DNA of 63,821 nucleotides, counting the filler. It is 21 parts of 21 records of this genome, joined end to end, with 100 filler letters (N's around TTAATTAATTAA, not from the genome) between each part and the next. Parts side by side here need not be neighbours in the genome. Positions count along the whole stretch, not along the records: positions 22,034 to 24,435 come from SRR11831585_931; positions 24,536 to 27,382 come from SRR11831585_933; positions 27,483 to 33,752 come from SRR11831585_937; 18 more parts are not named here. One strand, given 5' to 3'. Shown piece after piece: positions 22,072 through 33,852 of the stretch; the stretch's first letter is position 1; each line of letters opens with the position of its first letter. The notes below the pieces were generated by a model. The model saw only the letters and a program-made list of their open reading frames with translations, was not told the DNA's origin and searched no databases. A program made the translations under genes and the position numbers.

Positions 22072-24435
22072 GTCAATGTGGTCGAGTGCCGGGAAGCCAT
22101 TGACAAGCTTCTGGAGCGCATCCCCGCGATGTTTGGGCAGAACGCGGTGCAGGATTCATGTCTTGGTGCAGCGCTCAAGGCCGTATACCTGGTCATGGTA
22201 CGCTACAAAAAGCACTTTTTTTGCGAATGTTGTGTTTTTCTCTCCATATGTACGTGTGATATTGTGCGTGTTATCTGTATGGGATCACGTGGGGTTCTCA
22301 CATAATGGGGACTGATTGCGTGTGCGGGTGAATAGGAGAAAGTGGGTGGTCACGTCATTGCGTTCGGGTCCACGTTGCCCAGTGCAGGTCAGGGCAAACT
22401 TTCCAACCGCGACGACGGAAAACTCTACGGCACAGACAAGTACGTTTTAGGGGACGCCCGTTGTGTACACACATCCTTTGCTGCGTGTCCTTGGTGCTGG
22501 ACGTGGATGTGTCCGCGCACCGGTCGTTCTCTGTTTGTGAGATGATTAGTATTGCTTGCTCTTGAGGTAGTGCGTTTGATTTGTTGCTGATCGTTGTGTG
22601 CGGTTTCTTTGTCTGTGTATAGAGAGCGACTATTATTTATGCCCAATACGTCAGTGGATGTATTCTGGTCTGAGTTGGCGGACCGCTGTGCCAAATCGAA
22701 AATCTGTGTCGACACGGTGCTGTGTCCGAGCGCTTTTGTAGACGTGGCTACCATCGGTATGCCTCACGGAAGTGCTGCGTCTGTACACATGCATCAAGCA
22801 AAGTCTTTGCGCGTGGGAGGTGTCTGTGTACTGGGGGTGTTAATTGCGCACGAATGCTTGAATTATTGCTTAATTTTCTCGCGCAGGACATGTTACAAAT
22901 CGGACTGGTGGCCAGGTCATGTACATTTCCGACTTCCACTTCTCCCGAAACGGCGAGCAGCTGTTCCGAGCGGTCGACCGGCTGGCAACACGCAACATGG
23001 TCTACGATGTGCTCATGCGTGTCCGGTGCAGCAAAGGTACGCCATGTGTTTGTTGTTTCCTTTTCTATCTCTCATGTTATGCTGTGGTCGGTGTGCCTCG
23101 CGTTCCATATGTGTGGCTGTGTGTGTGAGTACCAAGCGCGCTTATCCCTTGGTGTCAGGGCTGCAAATCACGCGCCAGATGGGCGACTTTATGCCTGCGG
23201 GCCCGTCTGACAACGTAGAGGTGGCAGCGCTGCACGCAGACTCGACCTTTGCGATCGAGTTCAACCACTATGAGCGGCTCGACGAGAACCAGGAGGCCTG
23301 CTTTCAGATCGTCATCCTGTATGTTGTGTGCGCGCTTGTGTGCTGGCTGTGTCGGGTTTGCATGCGGGTGTGCATGGTGGTGTGTTTTCTGTCTGCTCAT
23401 TGTGTGTGCTGACTACGGCTGTCCTGTGCAGATACACGTCCGCTATGGGACAGCGGCGTATTCGCGTGCACACCATCTCGGTGCCCATCACGTCGCAGCT
23501 GGGTGTGCTGTTCCGGCACAGCGACATGGACGCGATCCTCAACCTTATGGCGCGGAGTGGTGCGTCCTTGGGGGGTTCTTGTTGGGGGTTGCTGGAAAGT
23601 GGTCGCTCGTAGTTCGTGCTGCTTGTAGTGGTTGAATTGCCGTTCTTCATTCCTCACATACATGATATGTTACCAGCTGTGGAGAACTCCAAGAACAAAG
23701 CCTTGCCACAAGTGCGTGACGCCTTGTACGCCAGCGCAGTCGATATCCTCTACTCATACCGCAAATACTGCTCAACGTCGACATCCCCCGGACAGCTCAT
23801 CCTGCCCGAAGCGCTCAAGCTTCTACCGTTGTATGTCCTGGGCCTGTCAAAGACTTACGCGCTCCGTGTCGGAATCGACGTGCGGGTGGACGAGCGCATG
23901 TTCTGGATGTCGCTGCTGCACAAGGTCCCGCTCACGTTCTTCTATCTGATCGTGTACCCGCGGCTGTACGCACTGCACAAAATATCGGCCAAGGTATGTG
24001 TTACCCGTTTTTTGCTTTTGCACTCCACTGCTGTGTACATGATCGTGTGACAGTGCGAATAGAGAAAGCGTCGATGTCAACGGTTGTTTATATCTTCTCA
24101 TGTGTGTGTGTCGTAGGTGGGAACTCCGGGTGTCGACAACAACACCATCCTGCCACCCACGCTGGCGCTGTCGAGCGAGAAGCTGGAGAATAGCGGCGTA
24201 TTCCTGATGGATGACGGTGTTGTGATGAACCTGTGGATCGGCGCTCAGGCCCCCTCTGATCTGCTACAGGATCTGTTTGGCGTGACTTCGGTGGAACAAG
24301 TCGATCCGACGATGGTATGTGTGCGGGAGAAATGTGTTGTGATGGGGAGGAGTGTGAGTGTGCGAGTGAGTGTGTGGAGGGCGCGTGCTATGTTGTTTGA
24401 GTTTGGAGCGGCGATGATGCTTGGAGATGGGAATC
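22072..24435 (+). CDS. SEC24: COPII coat subunit Sec24 (Sec24C/D type), partial
   Basis: SCLGAAL, LPSAGQGKLSNRDD.KLYGTDK, TGGQV, MRVRCS.GL, GQRRIRVHT, GQLILPEALKLLPLY, YPRLY, GVFLMDDG. Confidence 0.96.
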
Positions 24436-24535
24436 NNNNNNNNNNNNNNNNNNNNNNNNNNNNNNNNNNNNNNNNNNNNTTAATTAATTAANNNNNNNNN
24501 NNNNNNNNNNNNNNNNNNNNNNNNNNNNNNNNNNN

Positions 24536-25308
24536 AAGGGGGTGGGTTGAAACGAACAGCGGCACGTACCGTCGATCCACATGTTGAACACCGTGACCTT
24601 CGCCTGAAGGATCTCCTCCGTCACGCGCGCAGGCAGATGAACATGACGCAACCGTCGGTTCAATCGACTCACTACATCGTCGCACGTTTTGTCGAGACGA
24701 GTGTGGATAACATGCTGTTCGGCTTCGGATGTGTGTGGCATAGACCGCTTAAGCGCACGATGAAAGCATTCGAGAGATTCGGAGAAATCCACCGATATGA
24801 CGTTCGACTTGGGCTCTTCTTCAGCTCCCGCCGAAAACAGAGACGCAATAGGATTCATAGGCGCAGACAACTTGTAAGATTCTCGAGGAGCGAGGGACAT
24901 CGACCGAGTGCGTGCGCGATCACGGATCGCCGACGGTACCTCCAGCGGAGTCGGCAAGGTAGAGCGCGATGCAGGAACAGAGAGATCTGCAGATGTAGTA
25001 GCGGGGAAGGGAGGCGATGCGTCAGGATCGTCGCTGACGTCGACCTCGATGGTACGAGACGCCAGAGGTTTCAGCCTGACCTCTGTATGCGTTCTCAAAC
25101 GCCGTTGAGGGGAAGGCGACTCCGACAGCGACGGAGCGAGAACGGGGGAGGGTGTCCGGTCGGTATCGGACAGGATCACGCGCGACGACGATCGATGCAA
25201 GCCGCCATGTAACGCAGCATGCGAGGAAGAGCGTGTCATGCCTGTGGCAACGGTGTGCGACCGCTTTCGCAGCGACAGGTCGTTGAGATTCTCATCAGGA
25301 CCGATCAT
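24536..25308 (-). CDS. Hypothetical protein, Ser/Pro/Arg-rich first exon
   Basis: About 245 open codons from ATG 25308 to a GTACGT donor near the contig end. No family recognised. Confidence 0.55.
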
Positions 25309-26032
25309 ACTTGCGCGGACACTAAGATTTCAAGGAGAAGTCCACAGCACAATGTTTCGACACCAAGCGCTCGTTGTGCTTTGCTTTCCGCGTGCCCGAC
25401 GTCGAAACGAAACAACAACCGCAAGCAAAGCGCAAAAATGGGCGGATACGCAAGAAACAGAGTTGTTGTAGGCAACAAAAAGCACGGGACCACAACAACA
25501 ATCTCTGTTTGCTGGATGTTGTTTGGCATCTCGCCATCTATCTGGGCTTGATGAGTCATCGAAAACGACGCGTCATTAATCTCGGGAAACTCTTCTAGGC
25601 CTCGTGATCACAGAGAGATTGAACGTGGACACAAGTCAAGTGGATCACCGTCTACTGATCTGGCTTGATCTGGATCTGCTCTGCAGGCAGATGTATCGGT
25701 TTGCTACAATCCTTGTACGAAGGACCCAGCGGTCACAGAATGAGAACCGAAAACCTCTGTCTAAGCTTCATCAAACAAGAACCAGTCCATCGGTCTACGG
25801 GAGGGTCGCTGATGCATAGCAGTGAGCAGCAACAACGCACTGTCCTGCTTATTTGCTCGATAAAGTTGATGACAAGAACTTGAAAACTCATTACTGGAAT
25901 ATATTTGGTGAAATTCACGATGCCGACGGAACCGCATCTTTGAAAACTACAGCGCGTACGGCCTCCAAATCACGCTCTACGATAGCTGCCTCTGCTTCTG
26001 GGACCGGTTTTCCTACGGATCCTCATACAGTT

Positions 26033-26104
26033 GAGTCGAAGGAACTTGAAAACTCAAACCAACTTTTGGAGTTGAAGGAACTTGAAAACTCAACCCAACA
26101 TTTC
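26033..26104. repeat. Two-copy 36-bp imperfect tandem repeat
   Basis: gagtcgaaggaacttgaaaactcaaaccaacttttg followed by gagttgaaggaacttgaaaactcaacccaacatttc. Confidence 0.85.
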
Positions 26105-26123
26105 ATCTGCACGGCCACCACAT

Positions 26124-27382
26124 TCAAAACGTACCAGCGGCACTGGCTGCGAGCACCGTGGTCACCGCATCACAGTACGAGCGAAGAATATCGGGTGGAG
26201 ATTCCAAACTCGACAGCAGGAGCGGTACAGTACGCGGGGGCGCCGAGAGAGCGCGGTTGGCACGAGCATGTAGAGCAAGCTGTGACAAAGCAAAAGACAC
26301 AAACAAGGGATTAAGACGGGTTGCATGGAGCGCGAACGCGATACGATGAAGGTGTGAAGTCTGGGTAGAACACAAACGACATACGCGGTGTGGTGAAAAC
26401 ATGCAATGTTCTCGTTACTCTCACACACCGCAAGAGAGAGGTACACACACGAGCGTACCAGCGTGAGGTGGAGGACAGCGGGGCCGTTGGTCTCCGTCTT
26501 GAGGCGCTCCTGCAGCTCTTGCAGATACGCAAACACGACTTGCCTGTTGTATGGATGTAACGTGCGTGAGAAGAGCGAGCGAGAAGTAAAACAATAAACC
26601 ACACGAATGTTCGCGTCACACTCGCTCATAGCGATATACCTGCGCACTTTCTTACCTACCACAGGAAATAGAACACTAAGCAAACATAAATGCACACCTC
26701 TCCTTCTTCTTGTCCAGTGGGCGTAGCTGAAGCTCACAGACTTCCGCAGCTGGTTCGAACTGAGCAAGAAACTCATCCACGCTCTACACGTACGCGCACA
26801 CAACATCAGTGCACAACCTCACACAAAAACCGGCACACAAAATTCACAAAACAATCACACTAAAGAATAGTTTGTTGAGGTTGTGTGCGGGTGCTGGCGC
26901 CTGTTGCATGAGCGTACCTTTGATTGCAGCGACTGAAAGACGGATCTAAGGGCACTGGAAAGTTTGGATGGCAGCTTGGCGAGCGCCACGTCTCGTTGCA
27001 CAGTCGGTGCCCCCTACACGCACACACAACACACATACAGCAGTAAATTAAAGGGCGAAAGCGAGAGATTTCTGAGATCACATCACCGCATTTTCACGCA
27101 CACAAACATACGCACATTGCACACACGGTGTGCCGCACCTCGTTCAGCATGCCAGCGAGAAGAATTTGACTGTCGAACAACAGCTGCGCCAGATCTGTGC
27201 ACTCGGATGCAAGTAGATGCTTCTCCATCGCTGGGACTGCCTCCTCGTTGAGAGCTATGCACAAACGCCAGTAATCAGCGCTGGAACAATGCATGACATG
27301 CAGACATGGGCGCGAATCGTTCGAATACGCTGCGGTACAAGCAAGACCGCCACAGCGTCCAGCAGTAGACACATACACACAC
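26124..27382 (-). CDS. UFL1: E3 UFM1-protein ligase 1, C-terminal part
   Basis: AMEKHLLASECTDLAQLLF, QVVFAYLQELQERLKTETNGPAVLHLTL and ALSAPPRTVPLLLSSL parallel UFL1 segments KHLLKSVCTD, PALILHLT and LHAPGRCVPQII. Last exon uncertain. Confidence 0.78.
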
Positions 27383-27482
27383 NNNNNNNNNNNNNNNNNN
27401 NNNNNNNNNNNNNNNNNNNNNNNNNNTTAATTAATTAANNNNNNNNNNNNNNNNNNNNNNNNNNNNNNNNNNNNNNNNNNNN

Positions 27483-27529
27483 TTACCGACGATTCACTGC
27501 TCATTGCAGCATGTCGTTATCATTATTGA
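27483..27529 (+). CDS. yoeB: YoeB toxin, 3' end only (E. coli)
   Basis: TDDSLLIAACRYHY*, directly upstream of yeeZ as in E. coli. Confidence 0.92.
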
Positions 27530-27611
27530 ACAGATTCATTCATAGAATGAATTGTCAGTTTTGATACGCTAGCGTAGCCTTATAGATCTAAGGTGTATCA
27601 GGAGATAACGG

Positions 27612-28436
27612 ATGAAAAAGGTCGCAATTGTCGGGTTAGGGTGGTTAGGCATGCCGCTGGCGATGTCACTTTCAGCGCGAGGCTGGCAAGTCACCGGGAG
27701 TAAAACCACACAAGATGGTGTCGAAGCGGCCCGAATGAGTGGCATTGATAGCTATCTGCTTCGCATGGAGCCTGAGCTAGTTTGCGATTCTGACGATCTG
27801 GATGCCCTGATGGATGCCGATGCGCTGGTCATTACGCTTCCGGCACGTCGTAGCGGCCCCGGCGATGAGTTCTATTTACAAGCGGTACAAGAGTTAGTGG
27901 ATAGCGCGCTGGCCCATCGTATTCCCCGCATTATTTTTACCAGCTCAACATCTGTCTATGGCGACGCGCAAGGCACGGTGAAAGAAACCACCCCGCGTAA
28001 TCCAGTAACCAACAGTGGACGAGTATTAGAAGAACTCGAAGACTGGCTGCACAATTTACCCGGTACTTCGGTCGATATTCTGCGTCTTGCGGGCCTGGTC
28101 GGACCGGGACGTCATCCCGGACGCTTCTTTGCCGGAAAAACCGCGCCTGATGGTGAACATGGTGTTAATTTAGTCCATTTAGAAGATGTTATTGGCGCTA
28201 TCACTCTGTTGTTACAGGCACCTAAAGGCGGACACATCTATAATATATGTGCGCCAGCTCACCCTGCGCGTAATGTTTTCTATCCGCAGATGGCCCGTTT
28301 ACTGGGGCTGGAACCTCCGCAGTTCAGAAATAGTCTGGACAGCGGCAAAGGTAAGATTATTGATGGCAGTCGGATTTGTAATGAACTGGGATTTGAATAC
28401 CAGTATCCCGATCCGCTGGTAATGCCGCTGGAGTAA
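27612..28436 (+). CDS. yeeZ: NAD(P)-binding SDR/epimerase-family protein YeeZ
   Basis: 274 aa, VAIVGLGWLG, GGAG RBS, E. coli synteny. Confidence 0.97.
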   Translation: MKKVAIVGLGWLGMPLAMSLSARGWQVTGSKTTQDGVEAARMSGIDSYLLRMEPELVCDSDDLDALMDADALVITLPARRSGPGDEFYLQAVQELVDSALAHRIPRIIFTSSTSVYGDAQGTVKETTPRNPVTNSGRVLEELEDWLHNLPGTSVDILRLAGLVGPGRHPGRFFAGKTAPDGEHGVNLVHLEDVIGAITLLLQAPKGGHIYNICAPAHPARNVFYPQMARLLGLEPPQFRNSLDSGKGKIIDGSRICNELGFEYQYPDPLVMPLE

Positions 28437-28481
28437 ACGATCACGCCAGCAGGACGCCGCATGCACTGCAAGGGGGCGTGT

Positions 28482-29411
28482 ATGAAACCACTGCTGGATG
28501 TGTTGATGATCCTCGATGCCTTAGAAAAAGAAGGCAGTTTTGCGGCGGCGTCGGCCAAACTCTACAAGACGCCGTCCGCTCTGAGTTACACCGTTCACAA
28601 GCTGGAAAGCGACCTTAATATTCAATTGCTTGATCGTAGCGGACACCGCGCTAAATTCACCCGCACCGGAAAAATGTTATTAGAGAAAGGGCGGGAAGTT
28701 CTGCATACCGTGCGGGAACTGGAAAAGCAGGCGATCAAACTGCATGAAGGCTGGGAAAACGAGCTGGTGATTGGCGTGGACGACACGTTTCCTTTTTCTC
28801 TGCTTGCGCCACTCATTGAAGCTTTTTATCAACATCATAGCGTGACGCGCCTGAAGTTTATCAATGGCGTACTCGGTGGTTCATGGGATGCCCTGACTCA
28901 GGGGCGAGCGGATATTATTGTTGGCGCGATGCATGAGCCACCATCTTCCAGTGAGTTTGGTTTTTCACGGTTGGGCGATCTGGAACAAGTCTTTGCGGTC
29001 GCGCCTCATCATCCGTTAGCCCTGGAAGAAGAGCCGTTAAATCGTCGTATTATTAAGCGATATCGGGCGATTGTGGTGGGGGATACTGCGCAGGCAGGCG
29101 CTTCTACGGCATCACAACTTCTCGACGAACAAGAAGCCATTACCGTTTTCGATTTTAAAACCAAACTGGAGCTGCAAATTAGCGGCCTCGGCTGCGGCTA
29201 TTTACCCCGTTATCTGGCGCAACGTTTTCTCGATAGTGGCGCGTTAATCGAGAAGAAAGTGGTCGCCCAAACTCTCTTTGAACCCGTCTGGATTGGCTGG
29301 AACGAACAGACCGCAGGACTTGCCAGTGGCTGGTGGCGGGATGAAATTTTAGCAAATAGTGCGATCGCCGGTGTTTATGCAAAATCTGATGACGGAAAAT
29401 CAGCCATTTAA
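28482..29411 (+). CDS. yeeY: LysR-family regulator YeeY
   Basis: N-terminal HTH GSFAAASAKLYKTPSALSYTVHKLE; synteny. Alternative upstream ATG at 28461. Confidence 0.96.
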   Translation: MKPLLDVLMILDALEKEGSFAAASAKLYKTPSALSYTVHKLESDLNIQLLDRSGHRAKFTRTGKMLLEKGREVLHTVRELEKQAIKLHEGWENELVIGVDDTFPFSLLAPLIEAFYQHHSVTRLKFINGVLGGSWDALTQGRADIIVGAMHEPPSSSEFGFSRLGDLEQVFAVAPHHPLALEEEPLNRRIIKRYRAIVVGDTAQAGASTASQLLDEQEAITVFDFKTKLELQISGLGCGYLPRYLAQRFLDSGALIEKKVVAQTLFEPVWIGWNEQTAGLASGWWRDEILANSAIAGVYAKSDDGKSAI

Positions 29412-29497
29412 AGAAAAATTATTCTGACAAGCCTCTCATTCTCTTGTCATTTCCCCCCCATTTAGGCACAATGCGCCGCTGTCAAAAAATGACTAAA

Positions 29498-29529
29498 AAC
29501 CGACGTTTCATCAGCGTCGGTTATTTTTT
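29498..29529 (+). terminator. Hairpin plus T-run in the yeeY-yoeI/plaP intergenic region
   Basis: aaccgacg-N9-cgtcggtt followed by atttttt. Confidence 0.5.
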
Positions 29530-29625
29530 GCTTCAAACCAATCATTCATACCAAGAGGCCGGGCTTCGTACCGGATAGATATTTACTAAAAATCGACAGT
29601 TGTTGTCGCTGAGGAATCCAAAAAA

Positions 29626-29688
29626 ATGGGGCAATTTTTTGCTTACGCGACGGTTATCACCGTAAAGGAGAATGACCATGTCGCATAA
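29626..29688 (+). CDS. yoeI: Small protein YoeI (20 aa) overlapping the plaP start
   Basis: [24 protein letters not shown] upstream. Confidence 0.88.
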   Translation: MGQFFAYATVITVKENDHVA

Positions 29689-31036
29689 CGTTACTCCAAA
29701 CACCTCTCGCGTGGAATTGCGTAAAACGCTTACGTTAGTTCCGGTTGTAATGATGGGTCTTGCCTATATGCAGCCGATGACGCTGTTTGATACTTTTGGT
29801 ATCGTTTCAGGCCTCACGGATGGTCATGTGCCGACAGCCTATGCGTTCGCATTGATTGCGATCCTGTTTACGGCTCTGAGCTACGGGAAGCTGGTTCGCC
29901 GCTATCCTTCTGCTGGCTCTGCATACACTTACGCCCAGAAATCCATTAGCCCGACTGTCGGCTTTATGGTGGGTTGGTCTTCTCTGCTCGACTATCTGTT
30001 CGCGCCGATGATCAACATTCTACTGGCGAAAATCTATTTTGAAGCTCTGGTGCCTTCCATCCCATCGTGGATGTTTGTGGTGGCGCTGGTGGCCTTTATG
30101 ACCGCTTTTAACCTGCGTAGTCTGAAATCCGTAGCGAACTTCAACACTGTAATCGTCGTGTTGCAGGTAGTGCTGATCGCGGTGATTCTGGGCATGGTTG
30201 TTTATGGCGTATTTGAAGGTGAAGGCGCTGGTACGCTGGCGAGCACTCGTCCATTCTGGTCTGGCGATGCGCATGTTATCCCGATGATTACCGGGGCGAC
30301 AATCCTGTGCTTCTCCTTTACCGGCTTTGACGGCATCAGCAACCTGTCGGAAGAAACCAAAGATGCAGAGCGCGTGATCCCGCGTGCGATTTTCCTGACC
30401 GCGCTGATCGGCGGCATGATCTTCATCTTTGCAACTTACTTCCTGCAGCTGTACTTCCCGGATATCTCTCGCTTTAAAGATCCGGATGCGTCACAGCCTG
30501 AAATCATGCTGTACGTTGCGGGTAAAGCGTTCCAGGTTGGCGCGCTGATCTTCTCCACCATTACCGTACTGGCGTCCGGTATGGCGGCGCATGCAGGCGT
30601 AGCGCGTCTGATGTACGTAATGGGTCGTGACGGCGTATTCCCGAAAAGCTTCTTCGGTTATGTACACCCGAAATGGCGTACTCCGGCGATGAACATCATC
30701 CTGGTTGGCGCGATTGCCCTGCTGGCAATCAACTTCGACCTGGTAATGGCAACGGCGCTGATTAACTTTGGTGCGCTGGTGGCGTTCACTTTCGTTAACC
30801 TGTCGGTCATCTCGCAGTTCTGGATCCGTGAGAAGCGTAACAAGACGCTGAAAGATCACTTCCAGTATCTGTTCCTGCCGATGTGTGGTGCGCTGACCGT
30901 TGGTGCGCTGTGGGTTAACCTGGAAGAAAGCTCAATGGTTCTGGGTCTGATCTGGGCTGCTATCGGTCTGATTTACCTGGCTTGCGTCACCAAGAGCTTC
31001 CGTAATCCGGTTCCGCAGTACGAAGACGTAGCATAA
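29678..31036 (+). CDS. plaP: Low-affinity putrescine importer PlaP (YeeF), APC family
   Basis: Multi-TM APC transporter with GSAYTY and [14 protein letters not shown]; synteny. Confidence 0.96.
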   Translation: MSHNVTPNTSRVELRKTLTLVPVVMMGLAYMQPMTLFDTFGIVSGLTDGHVPTAYAFALIAILFTALSYGKLVRRYPSAGSAYTYAQKSISPTVGFMVGWSSLLDYLFAPMINILLAKIYFEALVPSIPSWMFVVALVAFMTAFNLRSLKSVANFNTVIVVLQVVLIAVILGMVVYGVFEGEGAGTLASTRPFWSGDAHVIPMITGATILCFSFTGFDGISNLSEETKDAERVIPRAIFLTALIGGMIFIFATYFLQLYFPDISRFKDPDASQPEIMLYVAGKAFQVGALIFSTITVLASGMAAHAGVARLMYVMGRDGVFPKSFFGYVHPKWRTPAMNIILVGAIALLAINFDLVMATALINFGALVAFTFVNLSVISQFWIREKRNKTLKDHFQYLFLPMCGALTVGALWVNLEESSMVLGLIWAAIGLIYLACVTKSFRNPVPQYEDVA

Positions 31037-31053
31037 TCATCTTTTCTAATAAT

Positions 31054-31091
31054 AAACCGGAGTCGAATGAACATTTGGCTCCGGTTTTTTT
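31054..31091 (+). terminator. Rho-independent terminator after plaP
   Basis: aaaccggagtc...ggctccggttttttt stem followed by T-tract. Confidence 0.85.
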
Positions 31092-31214
31092 ATTCTTTTG
31101 TATCGAACTCCTCATTAATAACCATTTGTTCTAATTTAGAGAATTTGGTTATTGGTCTGCATTCCACCAGTCATGAATAATTTCCTCATTAACATTCATC
31201 TGGTTAATTAATTT

Positions 31215-32273
31215 ATGTTTTCAATGATATTAAGCGGGCTAATTTGTGGTGCTCTGCTGGGATTTGTCATGCAGCGTGGGCGTTTTTGCCTGACAGGTGG
31301 TTTTCGCGATATGTATATCGTGAAAAATAATCGCATGTTTTACGCCTTGCTGATTGCAATTTCGGTACAAAGCGTGGGGGTTTTTGCGTTAATTCAGGCG
31401 GGCCTACTGACTTACGAAGCTGGGGCGTTCCCGTGGCTTGGTACTGTTATAGGTGGGTATATCTTCGGGCTGGGAATTGTTCTGGCGGGTGGATGTGCCA
31501 CCGGGACCTGGTATCGCGCGGGTGAGGGATTGATCGGCAGTTGGATCGCGCTTTTCACTTATATGGTGATGAGTGCGGTGATGCGTTCTCCACATGCCAG
31601 TGGTTTAAATCAAACCTTGCAGCACTACAGTACTGAACATAACTCTATTGCTGAGACTTTTAATTTGTCTGTGTGGCCGTTGGTTGCCGTTTTGCTGGTG
31701 ATAACGCTCTGGGTGGTGATGAAAGAGTTGAAGAAGCCAAAACTCAAAGTCGCGACCTTACCGCCGCGCCGAACCGGGATCGCTCATATTCTGTTTGAAA
31801 AACGCTGGCATCCCTTTGTCACAGCTGTACTCATCGGTTTGATTGCGCTTTTAGCCTGGCCCCTGAGTGAAGCAACCGGACGCATGTTTGGGTTAGGAAT
31901 CACTTCCCCAACGGCCAATATTCTGCAATTTCTGGTCGCGGGTGACATGAAATACATTAACTGGGGCGTTTTCCTGGTGTTAGGGATCTTCGTGGGGTCA
32001 TTTATTGCAGCCAAAGCGAGCCGTGAGTTCCGCGTTCGCGCAGCTGATGCACAAACAACATTACGTAGCGGGTTAGGTGGTGTACTGATGGGCTTCGGTG
32101 CCAGTATTGCAGGTGGTTGCTCTATCGGTAATGGACTGGTTATGACTGCAATGATGACCTGGCAGGGCTGGATTGGCCTTGTATTTATGATTCTCGGAGT
32201 CTGGACTGCGTCCTGGCTTGTGTATGTTCGACCGCAGCGTAAGGCGCGACTGGCAACTGCTGCGGCAAATTAA
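31215..32273 (+). CDS. yeeE: Thiosulfate transporter YeeE (TsuA)
   Basis: RGRFC, LAGGCATG and IAGGCSIG cysteine motifs; 352 aa. Confidence 0.96.
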   Translation: MFSMILSGLICGALLGFVMQRGRFCLTGGFRDMYIVKNNRMFYALLIAISVQSVGVFALIQAGLLTYEAGAFPWLGTVIGGYIFGLGIVLAGGCATGTWYRAGEGLIGSWIALFTYMVMSAVMRSPHASGLNQTLQHYSTEHNSIAETFNLSVWPLVAVLLVITLWVVMKELKKPKLKVATLPPRRTGIAHILFEKRWHPFVTAVLIGLIALLAWPLSEATGRMFGLGITSPTANILQFLVAGDMKYINWGVFLVLGIFVGSFIAAKASREFRVRAADAQTTLRSGLGGVLMGFGASIAGGCSIGNGLVMTAMMTWQGWIGLVFMILGVWTASWLVYVRPQRKARLATAAAN

Positions 32274-32286
32274 GTAAGGTGTAAAG

Positions 32287-32514
32287 ATGGTGATTAAAAA
32301 GCTGGATGTGGTGACGCAGGTCTGTCCGTTTCCACTCATAGAAGCAAAAGCAGCTCTGGCAGAAATGGTCAGCGGCGATGAGTTAGTGATTGAGTTTGAT
32401 TGCACCCAGACAACTGAAGCAATCCCACAGTGGGCGGCAGAAGAAGGACATGCCATCACCGATTATCAGCAGATTGGCGATGCAGCGTGGAGCATCACCG
32501 TTCAAAAAGCCTGA
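32287..32514 (+). CDS. yeeD: TusA-family sulfurtransferase YeeD (TsuB)
   Basis: 75 aa with CPFP motif. Confidence 0.96.
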   Translation: MVIKKLDVVTQVCPFPLIEAKAALAEMVSGDELVIEFDCTQTTEAIPQWAAEEGHAITDYQQIGDAAWSITVQKA

Positions 32515-32525
32515 CTCAACATTGT

Positions 32526-32549
32526 CCTCCGCCGTACCAGCGGCGGAGG
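32526..32549. terminator. GC-rich hairpin between convergent yeeD and sbcB
   Basis: cctccgccg-taccag-cggcggagg perfect 9-bp stem. Confidence 0.7.
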
Positions 32550-32556
32550 CTTCAAA

Positions 32557-33752
32557 TTAGACAATCTCTTCCGCGTACTGCCAAAGTGCTTTTAACAGCG
32601 CCACTTTCTCTTTGTCATCGGCATATTGTTGTACCAGCATCTGCAATTCATCAGCATAACCCTGCAAAAACTCTGGCGTGAAGACCTGGCGACGGTGCTC
32701 CAGCCAGCGTTGCTGCTCGGCATAATCCAGCGTCCCCGGGAAGTTGCGTGCCCGATAATTGAACAACAGCTTTTCAATCCGTTTATCAACAAAAGTGATA
32801 TCCAGTGCCGATAAATTACGCGGCTCGGTTTCCAGCACAATTTTCATTGCTGCACGATCTGCGTCACTGAAAAAGCCGTTATAAAGCTGTGCATCCACGT
32901 TATCTGAAGGCGTAAACGGTTCGGCTTCCGCGAATATCGCCACCACTTTTTCGCGCACTTGCGGATTTTCACGCAGAATTTTCAGGTTATCGAGGCAATG
33001 CTGACGATTAATTCCCAGTCGGTCGGCATCTTCCGGGCGTAGCGTATTCGCCTGGGCCAGCACCGGACATTTATTGATATGCACCAGCTTAACCGGAACG
33101 GCGGCGTTATCGCCAAGATCGGTTTTTGCGGTATATAAACGCTCGCGCAATGTGTCGCTATCCAGTTCCAGTAATGGCGAAATGTCTCCTGCCAAATCCA
33201 CCATAATTACGGCATTGCGATTTTCAGGATGCCACGCCAGCGGTGCCACCCAGCTGGTATTGCCGCGCCATGCTCCAAACATTCCGGAAACGTGCACCAG
33301 GGGTTTCATCTGCGGAACATCAATCAACGCCATCAGTTTGTGTTTATTACGATGGGTAAAGAGATAATCAAACAGGCGTGGCTGACGCGTTTTTACCAGC
33401 TTTGCCATCGCAATAGTGGCGTACACATCAGCCATCGCATCGTGGGCGTTGCTATGTTCAATACCATTCGCTTTGGTTAAATGCTCAAGGCGAAAGCTCG
33501 GTAGACCGTCATCATTTTCAGGCCAGTTTATTCCTTCCGGGCGCAGGGCATAACAGGCACGCATAACATCCAGTAAATCCCAGCGCGAGTTATCATGCTG
33601 CCAGCTCCAGGCGTAAGGATCGTAGAAATTACGATAAAAAATGTTGCGTGTGACTTCGTCGTCGAAACGCACATTGTTGTAGCCCAGAATACAGGTCTTC
33701 GGTACGGTAAAAAGCGAGTGAATACGGGCGGCAAACGCGGCTTCGTTTTCTC
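32557..33752 (-). CDS. sbcB: Exodeoxyribonuclease I, 5' truncated
   Basis: GYNNVRFDDE, NAHDAMADVYAT, VHINKCP; synteny. Confidence 0.97.
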
Positions 33753-33852
33753 NNNNNNNNNNNNNNNNNNNNNNNNNNNNNNNNNNNNNNNNNNNNTTAA
33801 TTAATTAANNNNNNNNNNNNNNNNNNNNNNNNNNNNNNNNNNNNNNNNNNNN

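Noticed and set aside
25691..26030. Possible small plus-strand gene starting MYRFATILVRR
   Set aside because: I could not build a consistent spliced model or recognise a family.
26033..26104. 36-bp repeat as a CRISPR array
   Set aside because: Only two adjacent copies, no spacers, eukaryotic contig, no cas genes.
27483..33752. E. coli genes as horizontal transfer into the protist
   Set aside because: Native E. coli gene order, RBSs and terminators, no introns, separate contig.
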